Assembly: GCF_036321535.1 (NCBI RefSeq)
Contig: NC_087437.1
Location: forward strand, 94,614,001-94,678,000
DNA: 64,000 nt
From: Camelus dromedarius
Lineage: Eukaryota
Direction: 5' to 3'
The position numbers and the translations under genes were made by a program. Below, piece after piece: positions 26,586 to 38,475 of the stretch. How positions within the stretch are numbered: position 1 is the stretch's first letter; the number at the start of each line of letters is the position of its first letter. The notes below the pieces were generated by a model that saw only the letters and a list, made by a program, of their open reading frames with translations, searched no databases and was not told the origin of the DNA.

Positions 26586-28134
26586 CGACCATAATTATTT
26601 TTCAAGTTTACTGTAAATTACAGTTTGGAATTTAGAATAACAAGTTTATACTGTTTTCCTTTGCTTAAGGGCGTCACCAACTCCTACAGCTTAAAGTGTC
26701 TTAAAAATTAGGACCCTTCTTTCATCAATGCATAGAGCCTTTAATTCTAGTTCAATTACTACTCTTTTAATATGTTGGTATTATGTATAAATATATAAAG
26801 TATAAATGACCAGTATAAAGTAGGTACTTTCCTGTTAGAAGAATAATTCACACTCAGTCATAAACTAGAATTCATATCTATCATTGGATAAATCAAGGAT
26901 TATACTTAGATTCTTAAATAAACCTGCAGAGATGTCAGACTCCTGGGTGGTTCTAATATTGGCCGTTTCCTGGATCCCTCAGGATCTCCATCTCCCAAAA
27001 ACCAGAAAGTATGAAATTGGGCAGGATTTGAGGAAACTGTCCAAAGAGTTTGAGGGAGGAAAGTACATATTAATCAGGTCATTTCTGATGATTGGTTTTG
27101 TCTTTAGAATATAATTCCCATATATTCATTTGGGAACAAGCCTTCTGCTCAGTGTTTCTTTCCGCCTAGATTTTTAACTGTGACAAAAAAGACTCAATAT
27201 ATGGTATATAAATTCAGAAAATCATAGTAAAAGAAAACGTTTAATTTTAGTTTTTAATTTTAATTATTTTTCAAATAACTTTTTATAAGAGCAGAGCATT
27301 TCAAACAATCATCCACTGAATTCAATTAATCTCCAATTCCCCCATGAACACATCACCACCAATACAACCCAATAGGATAATATTTTAACATAATCTTGTT
27401 ATGAACAAATCTTTAACATCCTTTTTAGTTTAATAAATCAAATGAATTAATAACATATCTGATTCCATATAAATTAAAAATATGTTTTAAAGCATGATCT
27501 CTCATAAACACTAACACTAGATTTTTAATCTGTATTATATATTTTAAGTGAATGAAGACTAAGATGATAGTTTAGTTTTGTAGATGAAAGATATGAATAA
27601 GCAACAAACAAAAACATATTAAAACATTTAATAATCTTAGAAAATGTAAATGAAAGCAGAAATATTATATAAATGTTAAATTAAAGGAAATATAATAATA
27701 AATATAATCTCCTTGTCATTTCTGTTCAATGTTCCAAACATTCTCCAGTATACACAGAGTAAATTAATGCCATTTTATTCTAATTTTCTATTAAATTCTT
27801 GAAGATAGCTATCCTCATCAATTTTCTAATTTTCCCTGAAAAACATTTTAAAGTTTTTTTTTAATTCTCATAGTTCAGTGTTGCCAGATCCCTCCACATC
27901 ATGGATGCTTTTTATGTATGTCCTATTCTAAATGACCAAATTTTAAATGGCCAGTAGAAAGAGAGAGAGAGACATAGGTATAGTATATATGAAGTTTTTC
28001 TTCCTTTACACAGTGAAACAGAAATGCCAGTACTTTGAAGCCCAGAAAGTGTGTGTGTGTGTGTGTATACACACAAATATAGAATATACAGGTGCTGGCA
28101 TGTTTGTTTTGTTGTATAAAGAAAGGAAAATTTA

Positions 28135-28649
28135 TTTTTTAATTGATTTTTATTGAGGTATAGTTGATGTATAACATACAAATTTCAAGTGTATAACACA
28201 GTGATTCACAACTTTTTAAAGTTATATTTCATTTATAGTTAGTATAGAAGATTGGCTATATTCCCTTTACTGTACTATTTATCCGTATAGCTCATTTGTT
28301 TTATGTCATAGTTTGTACCTCTTAATCCCCTATCCCTATATTGCCCTTCCTTCTCCCCACTGATAAGCACTAGTTTATTTTCTACATCTGTGGGTCTATT
28401 TCTTTCGTGTTACATTCACTAGTTAGTTTTATTTTATTTTTTTGTATTCCACATATAAGTGATATCATACAGTATTTTCTTTCTCAGTCTGACTCATTTC
28501 ACTTAGTATAATGTCCCCCATGTCCATCCATGTTATTGCAAATGGCAAAATTTCATTCTTTTTTTTTAATGGCTGAGTAGTATTATATTGTGTGTTTGTA
28601 TATATGTATATACATATACACATACATATATACATATATATACACACAT

Positions 28650-28697
<48 letters not shown>

Positions 28698-29045
28698 TTA
28701 CATATATGCCACATCTTTATCCATTCATCTGTTGATGGACATTTAGGATGCTTTCATATCTTGGCAATTATAAATAATGCTGCTATGAATATAAGGGTGC
28801 GTGTATCTTTTTAATTTTGTTTTCATTTTTTTCATTTTTTCATTTTTTTTTCTGACATTTACACCCAGGTGTGGAGTTACTGGGTCATACAGTAGTCCTA
28901 GTTTTAGTTTTTTCTGAAAACCTCCATACTGTTTTCCTTAGTGACTCTACCAATTTCCATTCCCACCAACAGTATGTGAAGGCTCTCTTTTATCTACATC
29001 CTTGACATTTGTTATTTGTGGTCTTTTTGATGATAGCCATTCTGA
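28135..29045 (-). mobile_element. L1, 5'-truncated (ORF2 C-terminus and 3' UTR)
   Basis: ORF 28465..28647 contains the L1 ORF2p C-terminal-like motif KKNEILPFAITWMDMGDIILSEMSQTEK. A T-rich tail lies at the left end. Confidence 0.9.
28589..28706. repeat. Compound (TA)n/(CA)n/(TG)n microsatellite inside L1
   Basis: Includes a perfect (TG)n run followed by a (TA)n run. Confidence 0.95.
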
Positions 29046-30444
29046 AAATATTCTTATTAGTTCAAATTGTTGTAACTTTGTATTAAAAACTCTTCTGTTT
29101 CAGAGTAGATTGGCCAACATGTAACACAAGTTATCAAAATGCATAAAGCACTAATTATCTTTAATAGTGCTAGGTGTATATTTTTTTAAAATATTCTTCA
29201 ACAGTTATGCCAAGTTATTTTCTCTATTTCATAAATAAGAAGAGTAAACTAACAGTAGTCAAGCACACTGCATTGTGTAGTGGAGCTGAGATTCAAGTCT
29301 GGTTGCTGTTTTTCACTTCAAACTCATGATGTACATGCATGTTGTACCTACTTTTCTTTTCCATGTTTGTGAATCAAGTGTTTGACGTCATTCAGGAATT
29401 AGGGAAAACCCATAGCAATCCCTCTTCTTGAATTTTGATTTTTTTTTTGGCAATTGTTTGGTTGTTGTTGTTTTTCCTTGGTTTGTTTGTTTGTTTCTTA
29501 TAGCCCGGCCACTATCCTGGCCTCTTAACTAATTAATTCACTTTTTATTTTCTGCAATGAAACTTAGTTACTTCTCATTATTACAGTTTATAGAAAATTC
29601 AATTCATTCTGTATGTTGCTGCCCAATTAATCTTTTTCTTGCCAGTTAATTTTCCTGCTGTATAATTTTCAATAACTTTCCTTGATGACTTATTCTTTAC
29701 AGTCTTTCTAAATTCTTTGTAAACAAACTATTCTTTCTCTCTTGTCTAAACATACGTCTCATTATATTCCAACACGAATCTACCACTGTTAACCAGGCTG
29801 ATCCCCAAGTTGGCCCATCTGCATGGACTGAGGGATCTTTGTTTCACCATTTTGTCTCTTAAGTATGTTTGAAAGTAGATTATAAATGCTTGCTAAGTAC
29901 CAAATATCTTTTTTGAAATTTACTTGCGTAATTGCATACAGTGTTCATAATACTCCTTTGAAGCAGAGAGAAAGGTCAAGGTAATTAACATTTATTGTAC
30001 TCCTATACTTTAAATTATCTTTGTTAAATTATCTTCTTTAAACCTCAGAACAGCCCAGACTGATTTCAGTGAAGCTCAGGGCTTCCCCAGGCTTAGTCAG
30101 TGAAAGACTGAAATAGGTTTAATCAAGGTCTGTCCGAATCCAATACCAGGTTCTTCCTACATACTTCCTCCTTGGAGGCAGGAACTGTTCTTAGTCTTTC
30201 TCATATTTTTCCAGTGCTTCGTACAGTATGTGATTATTTTGGTGCTCAATAAATAAATGAATGAATGCTGTTTTCCTTCATCCTCCTATTTTGGCTCTAC
30301 TTTGTAGATTCTCTCCAGTCTCGAGTTTTATTTCCTTTATCACCCTTGACACCTAAGGAAAGATATCTTTCTCTTCACTACATATGAATTACCTCTAATA
30401 ATTAATGTATTTAATTTATATGAATTAAAGGGCAAAGAAGCTGT

Positions 30445-30655
30445 TACAGCAAGGACTTTGAGCCACTGTTCAAATTCCATTGTGCCCTGTGACTTGGAAA
30501 AGTCACTTAACCTCTCTGTGCCTCAGTAGTCTCAAGTATGAAATATGAATTATTACAGCACACTTTTCATAGGATTGCTAAAAGCATTAAGTGAGCAATT
30601 ATGATTTCTAGTTACCTCAGACTAGTTTCTGACATAATATGACTATTTGTTAAAT
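30445..30655 (+). mobile_element. MIR SINE
   Basis: Core 'tgtgacttggaaaagtcacttaacctctctgtgcctcagt'. An L2 3' tip lies just upstream at ~30170-30268. Confidence 0.85.
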
Positions 30656-31788
30656 AAAGAAAGAATGTACTTAGCATTAAGCACTGTAGGTGCTGGGGCT
30701 ACAACATGGAGTAAAATCAGTGGAGTCCTTTTTGCATGGAATTTTTAATCTGCCATTTAAATGGATTTTATGATTGTGTATTTGTTTTATGATTTCTAGG
30801 CTTGTCTTTTAATCAATGTTGTAAACTTATAGAAATAACAGAGTCCAGATTTTGCTTCCAAATGTGCTTAGTGCAGCTGGAGACATATAATGGGAATGCA
30901 ATCAATCCTTTGTTTGTTTGTGCTGGTGCCAAAGTAACAAAGGAAAGTTTAGAATCATGGTCTCCCCGAGGTTCTCCCAGTCAGTATCCACTGCAAAACC
31001 CTTGCCCTGGGATCGGCTTGCTCACTTCTAGGGGCTGTGCTGTTGCAGAGACGTTCCTCCTGTTTCAGAGCAGCTCTAACTTATTCACAGAGTGAACTTT
31101 TGCCTTCAGGTAATTATTGCATTTTTTCCTTCCAGGGCCATGTGTCTTTGCCATGAGCCATGCCTTCAAATATTTAGCTGTTTTTATTAGCCATTATTTT
31201 TTTTTTTTTTTTTTTTTTAGGCAAAGTGATTCCCAGCCCTTGATTTTTTTTTTCATATTATGGTTTCCACCCTCCTATTCATTCTGACCACCTTCCTCTG
31301 GATATAGGCTAATCAATACCCTTGAAAAATATACTATTCCCAATGCCCTTCAGAAAGGTGGATATTGACACCAAACTAATGTAAATAGTAGTAATTTATT
31401 CCTCTGTGTTATTTCATAAACCACTTTTTAAGTGAATTAACGTGTTTCTGGCCATGTAGTCATTCAATATGCCATCAGTCCCTCATAAGTACCTAACATC
31501 TCAGGTACTTCGTTACTTCAGTGCCTAACCTGTTGAGAAAGACACACAAAGATCTAACTGAATCTACAAATTATGGGGGAACATCAGGCCCCCTAACTAC
31601 AGATTTAATGTGTTAGCTCATAGAAATCTTTTTAAGCAATAATAATTGAGCTTCATTTTACTCTTAAATAAAACTAGCTCATTTAACTTGTGAAATGAGC
31701 TATACTGATCTCTTTGTCATTAGAATTTAAAGGAGCAATCTTATTCGGCTTCAGTCGGTGTTATTTGTCTATTAAGAAATCTGAAGAG

Positions 31789-31885
31789 TATGTATATGTA
31801 AGATTGAAACATTGTGCTGTACACCAGAAATTGACACATTGTAACTGACTATTCTTCAGTAAAAACAAAACAAAACAGACAAAAG
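31789..31885 (+). mobile_element. Extremely 5'-truncated camelid-type L1 with TSDs
   Basis: L1 terminal 'tgctgtacaccagaaattgacacattgtaactgacta' plus an A-rich tail. TSD aagaaatct(g/a)aagag at 31774-31788 and 31886-31900. Confidence 0.85.
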
Positions 31886-32015
31886 AAGAAATCTAAAGAG
31901 AATAATAGCTGAAATACAAGTGAAAATAATTATACCATAAAAATAGAAGTGACACACCAGTTTTTGAAATAAAATGAATATGGCCATTTGTATGATCACA
32001 CTGAAAACTTCATTT

Positions 32016-32158
32016 TTGTTTTCTTATACACCAGTTCTTTTTGTTTCCCAGTGCATAAATCTATTTCTTTTTTTTTTTAATGGAGGTATTAGGGATTGAA
32101 CCCAGGACCTCATGCAAGCTAAGCATGCGCTCTACCACTGAGCTATGTACCCTCCCCT
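32016..32158 (-). mobile_element. Camelid tRNA-Ala-derived SINE (short form) with extended 3' segment
   Basis: The reverse complement reads ggggagggtacatagctcagtggtagagcgcatgcttagcttgcatgaggtcctgggttcaatccctaatacctcca plus an A tail. TSD ctgaaaactt(c/t)attt at 32001-32015 and 32159-32173. Confidence 0.85.
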
Positions 32159-33704
32159 CTGAAAACTTTATTTCTTTAAAGGAAACATAGATTGTTTTAA
32201 ATATTAGTAATTATAGCCTGAATTACTTTGAAATCTGTTTTCTTATAAAATATATGTCTTTAAAGAGTACAGACTTTGTCAAATATATTCTCATAGCTTT
32301 CAGCAGCAAAGACAGTCTTTTGGCCACAGAAAAAAGAAATAAAGGACAATTTTAGAGAGGATTCGGGGTGGATCTCAACTTTCAAAGTTAGGGGCAAGTC
32401 TGGTTTCTTTCAAAGCAGATTGACAATACTAACACCAATTCATTATCACATGTATAAGCTGCCTAGAACTAAGATTGTTTAAAAATGACCAGATGAAAAA
32501 TGAAAGGGAAACCTAGTTATCATTGTTGTAGTTAGTTCTTGGAAGCCGGTCATTTTCTAAAGGAAAAATTAATGGGGGAGTAAAAGGACTAACTTTTGTA
32601 TGATAAATAATGAGAGTCCTCTGTTCCACCAAGAAACAATCCAGGACTTTAAATCTTTTCTCATATAAGAAGATTTAGATGTATGAAGAAACATTTTCTT
32701 ATGACTTTGGAGAATTTGAGCATATAAATATCTTCTGACAAAAGATTCCCCAGTTTGCATTGAGCAAAATCATTTAAAGTATTTAGAAATAGTATAAAAG
32801 CAGGGTCACAATGGAATTGGCAAACTATCATACTTGAACATTGGTGATAAATAATGATAGTATTTCATAAGAATTGGTTAAAATGAATTCCAAATCACTG
32901 AACAGGTACACTGTATCCGGCATTGACAGTAAATGTTAACTTGCTATTAAAATAGTATCTTATTTAGGGATTCAAAAAGTTGGCAGCTTTAAAGTTTGAA
33001 GCAGAACAACATGGAATTCTCTGAACAACTGGTTACTATTATAGATAAAAATGCGTAACCAGCAAAATAAAGGAAAGCACCATTAAGAAATGAAATTGGA
33101 AGACATAAATGACTGTGCTTGAAAGGATCTTATTTTGTGTTCAGTTTGACTGGAGACAGTTTGGAGATCCACCTAGCATTCCAGGAGACCCATTGTTAAA
33201 ATAGAATATTAATAGGCTTCATACTTAGATCCATAATAATCATCCCTTTTACATATATAGTTAATAACTTCCAGTATTTTCATGGAAATTTAATTAAATA
33301 TTATTCATTTAAAGAGTTTATGCCATACAACTGGAAAGAAAACTAGTTGGTCAAGCAGCTTAACACATGCAACCTGGATTCCATGTATAAATTGAGAGTG
33401 CATTTCAAGTTTAACCAGGGATGCCCTTAGGATTCTGCTTTCTGGACTACAAGAAACATGTTGCATTCTTTAAGGATTAGGGCCTTTGTCTCCTCTTGGC
33501 TTTCTAATCCCATAGAGGTGCCATGAGTCTACAGCTGCCTAAAGACTCTGGTATGTGATTAAGGCCAGAAGAGTTGCTGGAGGATTAGAGTCATGTGCAG
33601 GGCACCTGTGCTCTGTAGACAGAATTCATGGCCTCCTGCTGTAAAAATGCTCACCCAAAGTATTGATTATAAGCCTTTCTTCAAAAATCCATAGCATAAC
33701 AGTG

Positions 33705-34760
33705 AGAAAATAGATAAAATAAAATAATGGGAGTTTATCAGAATTATGTATTTTGGTGTTTCAAAGGGACATTATCAACGAAGTGAAAAGGTAACACACA
33801 TAATGGGTGAAAACATTTGCAAGTCGTATAACTGATATGAGACTTGTATCCAGAAAATGTAGTGAATGCTTATAACTCAGTAACAAAAGGCAACTCAATT
33901 AAAGATGAATAAAGGATCTGAATAAACATTTCTCTAAAGAATATATGCGATGGCCAATAAGCCCATGAAAAGATGTGTAACATCATTAGCGATTAAGGAA
34001 TTGCAAATCAGAATCAAATGGGATATTATTTCACATTCAGTAGGATGGCTATAATCAAAAATTCAGATGATAGCAAGTATTAATGAGAATGTGGAGAAAC
34101 TGAATCCCTCATACATTGCAGGTGGGAATATAAAGTAACACAGCCACTTTGGAAAACAGTTTGGCAGTTTCTGAAAAGTTTAAATGTGGAGTTGCTATAT
34201 GACCCAGAAATTTCACTCCTAGGTATATATTTAGGAAAAATAATAACACATGTTCTTACAAAAAACTTGTTCATAAATGTTTATCGCACCATTATTCAGA
34301 ATAGTTAAAAATGTGGAAACAACCCAAATGTCCATGAACTGATGAATGGATAAATAAAATAGCATATACCTGTACCACATTTTGGGGAGCAATAAAAAGG
34401 ATTGAAGGACTGATATATGCTACAACAAGGATGAACCTTGAAAACATTATGTTAAGTGAAAGAAGCCAGTCATGGAAAGACGTTGTATTGTGTGATTCCA
34501 TTTGTATGCAAAGTTCAGGAGAGAGAACTCTATAAAAATGGAAAACAGATCAGTGGTTGCCTAGGTCAAGGGGTTTGGGAGAAATAACGAGTGACTGATA
34601 ATGGGTTTGCATTTCTTTTTGGCATATGAAAGTGATAGAAAATTGATCGTGGGGATAGGTGCACAATTCTAGACAATAAAAAACACTGAGCTGTACAATT
34701 TATATAGGTGCATTGTAAGGTTTGTGAATTATATGTCAATAAAACCATTTTAAAAAAGAA
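33705..34760 (+). mobile_element. Old L1 (L1MB-like), ORF2 end and 3' UTR
   Basis: 'gccactttggaaaacagtttggcagttt', 'atatgacccagaaatttcactcctaggtatat', 'aacaacccaaatgtccat', ending 'gaattatatgtcaataaa'. The frames are disrupted. Confidence 0.9.
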
Positions 34761-35396
34761 GCCATAGCAAATATTTTCAAACATCTTCTATTACACTATT
34801 CCTTTGATAAGAACAGTTATTAAATGTGGACTTAAGAATTATTCACTCCTTGCCTTCTTTTACTTTGGTTAGTAAATTCTTTCGAATGCTGAGGATAATA
34901 AAGTTACCATCAAAAGTTGGCTTCAGGCTCTGCTACGTGGAAATAAGTTACCCGAGAAATGACTAAATTAAAAAAATCACTTTGTTCCTCTTTCTTATAA
35001 CTGTCTAATGTGAGGGAGGGAGTCACATCACTTGAGTAATAGTTGATTTTATTGAAGTTCATTAAAAAGATGTTGACAGGGAATACACAATGGAAAAAGG
35101 CCAACATGTAAAAAATATTCAGAATAGTTCTCTAGTAAGAAATAACATGTAAATCAAATAACTTGACAGAAAAAATGTTAGATGAATCACAAGCATTTCT
35201 GAAGTACAGTAACAGTGCATCTGTGTGTACTGTGTGTCATCTGTGCAAATTCTGACAGCTGTTCCAGTGGTAGCACGATTTGCCACAGATATTCATTTAT
35301 TCATCCATTCGCTCATTCATTCATAAACCTCTGAGCGCCAACTACATGTTAGGATCTGTCAGGTACAAGAAATACACAATGTAAATCTTACATCTA

Positions 35397-35942
35397 TGTT
35401 TCTGGTTAGTTATTTCTGTCTAAAAAACTACCTCCAAACTTAGTGGCTAAAAACAACAGCCGTTTCGTGGTATCTCACAGTTTTGTGGGTGAGGAGGGCT
35501 TGGGTGGATGATTCTTCTAGTTCACGTGGTGTCCACTCGTCACTTGGTGTTCACTTGGTGTCTGGGCAGATAGGATGAAGACGAGGCACCAGACAGCTTC
35601 GTGCCCATTCTGGTGACTTGGAAATCTGGAGATGGTTAGACTACTGTGTTCAGCTGACTGTGTTCAGCTGACTGTGTTCAGCTGTACCCTTCTTGTTTCT
35701 GCATTTTTAGGGTCACTTCGTTGGGTCTCATCAGTAGAGTTGTCAGCACTTTTCTATGGCAATTCCAAAAGGCTAACATGGGAATTACCGTTCACCCCAG
35801 GGGTGGTCCTGGATCTGGCGTGTTGTCCTTTCTGTCCCAATCTACTGGTCAAAGCGTCATAGGCCATCCCAGATGCAAGTGATGGAATAGACCCCAACTC
35901 TCCATAGAATGTCAAAGAATTTTTGACCTTATTAGTCCACCA
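35397..35942 (-). mobile_element. MaLR solo LTR (MLT1G/H-like)
   Basis: 'aactacctccaaacttagtggctaaaaacaac...tctcacagttttgtgggt' at the left end and 'ggccatcccagatgcaag...agaatgtcaaagaattt' at the right. An antisense L2 tip precedes it at ~35290-35390. Confidence 0.8.
35643..35684. repeat. Perfect tandem repeat (ACTGTGTTCAGCTG)x3
   Basis: Directly visible. Confidence 0.95.
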
Positions 35943-38119
35943 TATGATGATTTTATACGTCAATAAAATAGATTTGGGGCTAAAATTTAGCTCAACAAAA
36001 ATTGTAGTCAGACTGTTTTTAAATGCTTTTATTTTTTTAAATGTTTTTGTTTTAAGGAAGTGATTTGATACAATGCTTTTATCTCTGATAAACTCAATAC
36101 GATTTTATTAATTCTGCATTAATTTCACTGTAGCTGAGCCAAGCAAATGTGCAGTTAGTATTTTTCTGACTATCCAGTTTAAATATGCTACAGCAACTAA
36201 AGCAGGCGAGGTTGCTATTTATATTGTTGTATGTTAGTCATTAAAAGATTGTTCCCATTAGATTTCTAAAAGGCTGAATTTAAATTTTCTGGTTGGCTCA
36301 GAAAAATCAGTACAATTTTTAAGTGCTTTGTCTGCTGCTGTATTCTGATTTGTCTCTCAGATCTATAAATAGTCTTGATTTAAGGATCATTAGACTTCCA
36401 CACAAAGGCATCTGGTTTAGTCCTAAATGTAGCTATTTTGTATTTATAAGTATTTGCTTTATTGCTGTAAATTTATTATACAATCACATCAGAACACTAC
36501 CTAAAATATATTTAACTCATGAAAGGCTTTTCTTCCACTTTGGAGAAAGTGTGTTAGATGGATAATAGATTTTCTAAATTAGGCCACATATTATATGATA
36601 AATTTTAAACACATTTAGATATTTACAATCTGTGTTACGGCAGAATTACCATATAATAATGGAAAAACTCTTAGCAAATGGGAAATGTGCATTAGATTTA
36701 TCAATTTAAATCTAAATTATTCACATTCCTGTTTCTTTCTCACCAGGCACTTTTTTAAAGTGAAAGATAACTATCCAGAGTACTGGCTGTATTTTTCAGG
36801 AGATAAGAATTAGAATTTGTAAGAGGAACGGCATCTCAAATAGTCCTGGATTACTGGGTCAAAATGGATGTTTATTTCATTTTTTGTTATAAAGCCCACA
36901 CATTGTTTATAATGTATCACTTCTAAGGAAAAAATACAAAAACCTAAGTTTATTACCAATGCAGCTATATTCCACTTCAAGTATTTACATTTTTTATTGT
37001 TCATAAGCAGAATTATTGCAATGATGAATTCACTGAAATTTGCTGTTTTTCTCCGTGGCCGTATTCTGAATCATAGTATCTTATTTTATCGTTTTATTCT
37101 TCCTAACATGTTATACAATTTCTTTCTATTTCTTTTTAAAATAATGAGTTCCATGTAATAATGACTTGTGTATACAATGTTCCCAAAAATGTGGATTATT
37201 TTATTCTGGCTTTATGATTTAAATGTATATAATTTTCTATTGTCTGAAAAGACATTGTAGAGTATTTAGAGTTCAATTAAAATCATTTTTTAATTGAAAG
37301 ATTATTTAAAGTGATAGTAGTTTTAGAGAAGAATACATGTAAATAGATTAGTAAGTCAGCGGATAAAAAGTGAAGTATAATGATTTGATAAAGCACTATA
37401 AAAGTTTTATGTATTATTTATGGTCCCTCCTTGTCTTCCTCATATAATCCTTTATAAGGACTAATTTTACTTAACCTGTTGTCAACATGTGTAGTAAATT
37501 AGATGCAGGTACAAAGGAACCTCTGAGCCACACTTGACCTTCTAAAAAGAATATATGCCATCATTTTCTGAAGATAATAACTATTTCCAGTGCTTCTTGT
37601 CTGACCATGAAGTAGTGCATGATACCGACTGATTGATTGATTGATAATGTTTTTCAAGATAAATATGCTTGTGTGAATTAAGCAACTACAGAATGAGTAA
37701 AATGAGGAAGGCGTTTTTAGAGGAAAAATGAGCATAGAAAAATAAGTAAGGTATGTATTTTTTTCCACCCTTAAAATGGATGCATATTGATAGCATTCTA
37801 CTTCACAGAAAAACAACATAATCATAAGTAGAAAAATTTGATTCCTCACTTAAACATCATTTAGTAAATTAACATAAAGTTACACTTGCTTTTATGAGGG
37901 CTACAAGGGTACAAATGTTCAGTTCTTACATACGATATTTCATTTAAACTTATCATTGGTTTCCTGGTAAACAGTATAAGAGAAAGTTTTGTTTGGACTT
38001 AACTTGACCTTTTTTAAAGATTTTATTTAAAGAGTTTTACTTCTGAACTGAGAAGAATAATGATGAGGGCTATAACAGCATTTAAAATATTATTATTATT
38101 GTTATTACTACTTTAGTAC

Positions 38120-38475
38120 TTAGATACTGTCTTTGCACTGCTGTAACAGAAATCCATATACTGTGTGGCTTATAAGCAACAAAATTTGTTTCTAAAATTC
38201 TAGAGGCTTTGAAGTTAGATCAAGGCAACAGCAGACTTGCTGTCTGATCAGCTTCCCCTTCCTTGTAGACAGCAGGCTTCTCACCGGAACTTCACAGAGC
38301 AGTTAACTACTCTTTGGAGTCTCTCTGTAAAGGCTCTGATCCCACTCACCAGAGCAGAGCCCTCATGACCCAATCACCTCTCAAAGCGCCCCCCCCCCAC
38401 CTAATACCATCACCTTGAGGGTTAGGATTTCAACATATACATTTTGGGGGGGACGAAAGCTTTCAGTCCACTGCA
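38120..38475 (-). mobile_element. MaLR solo LTR (MLT1A0-like) adjoining or inserted in a MIR
   Basis: The reverse complement starts tgcagtggactgaaag...atatgttgaaatcctaaccctcaaggtgatggtattagg. Possible 5-bp TSD agtac at 38115-38119 and 38476-38480. Antisense MIR sequence continues to ~38640. Confidence 0.85.

Noticed and set aside
30800..31109. 97-aa ORF following a possible acceptor
   Set aside because: A stop precedes the weak donor and the peptide is unrecognised. A regulatory role cannot be judged from sequence.
31675..31702. 10-bp perfect hairpin (tagctcattt-N8-aaatgagcta)
   Set aside because: Short enough to arise by chance in AT-rich DNA of this length.
34080..34784. Three consecutive minus-strand ORFs resembling a small gene cluster
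   Set aside because: They are antisense frames of an old L1 element.
35643..35684. CRISPR-like array
   Set aside because: The units are head-to-tail with no spacers, there are no cas genes, and the DNA is mammalian.
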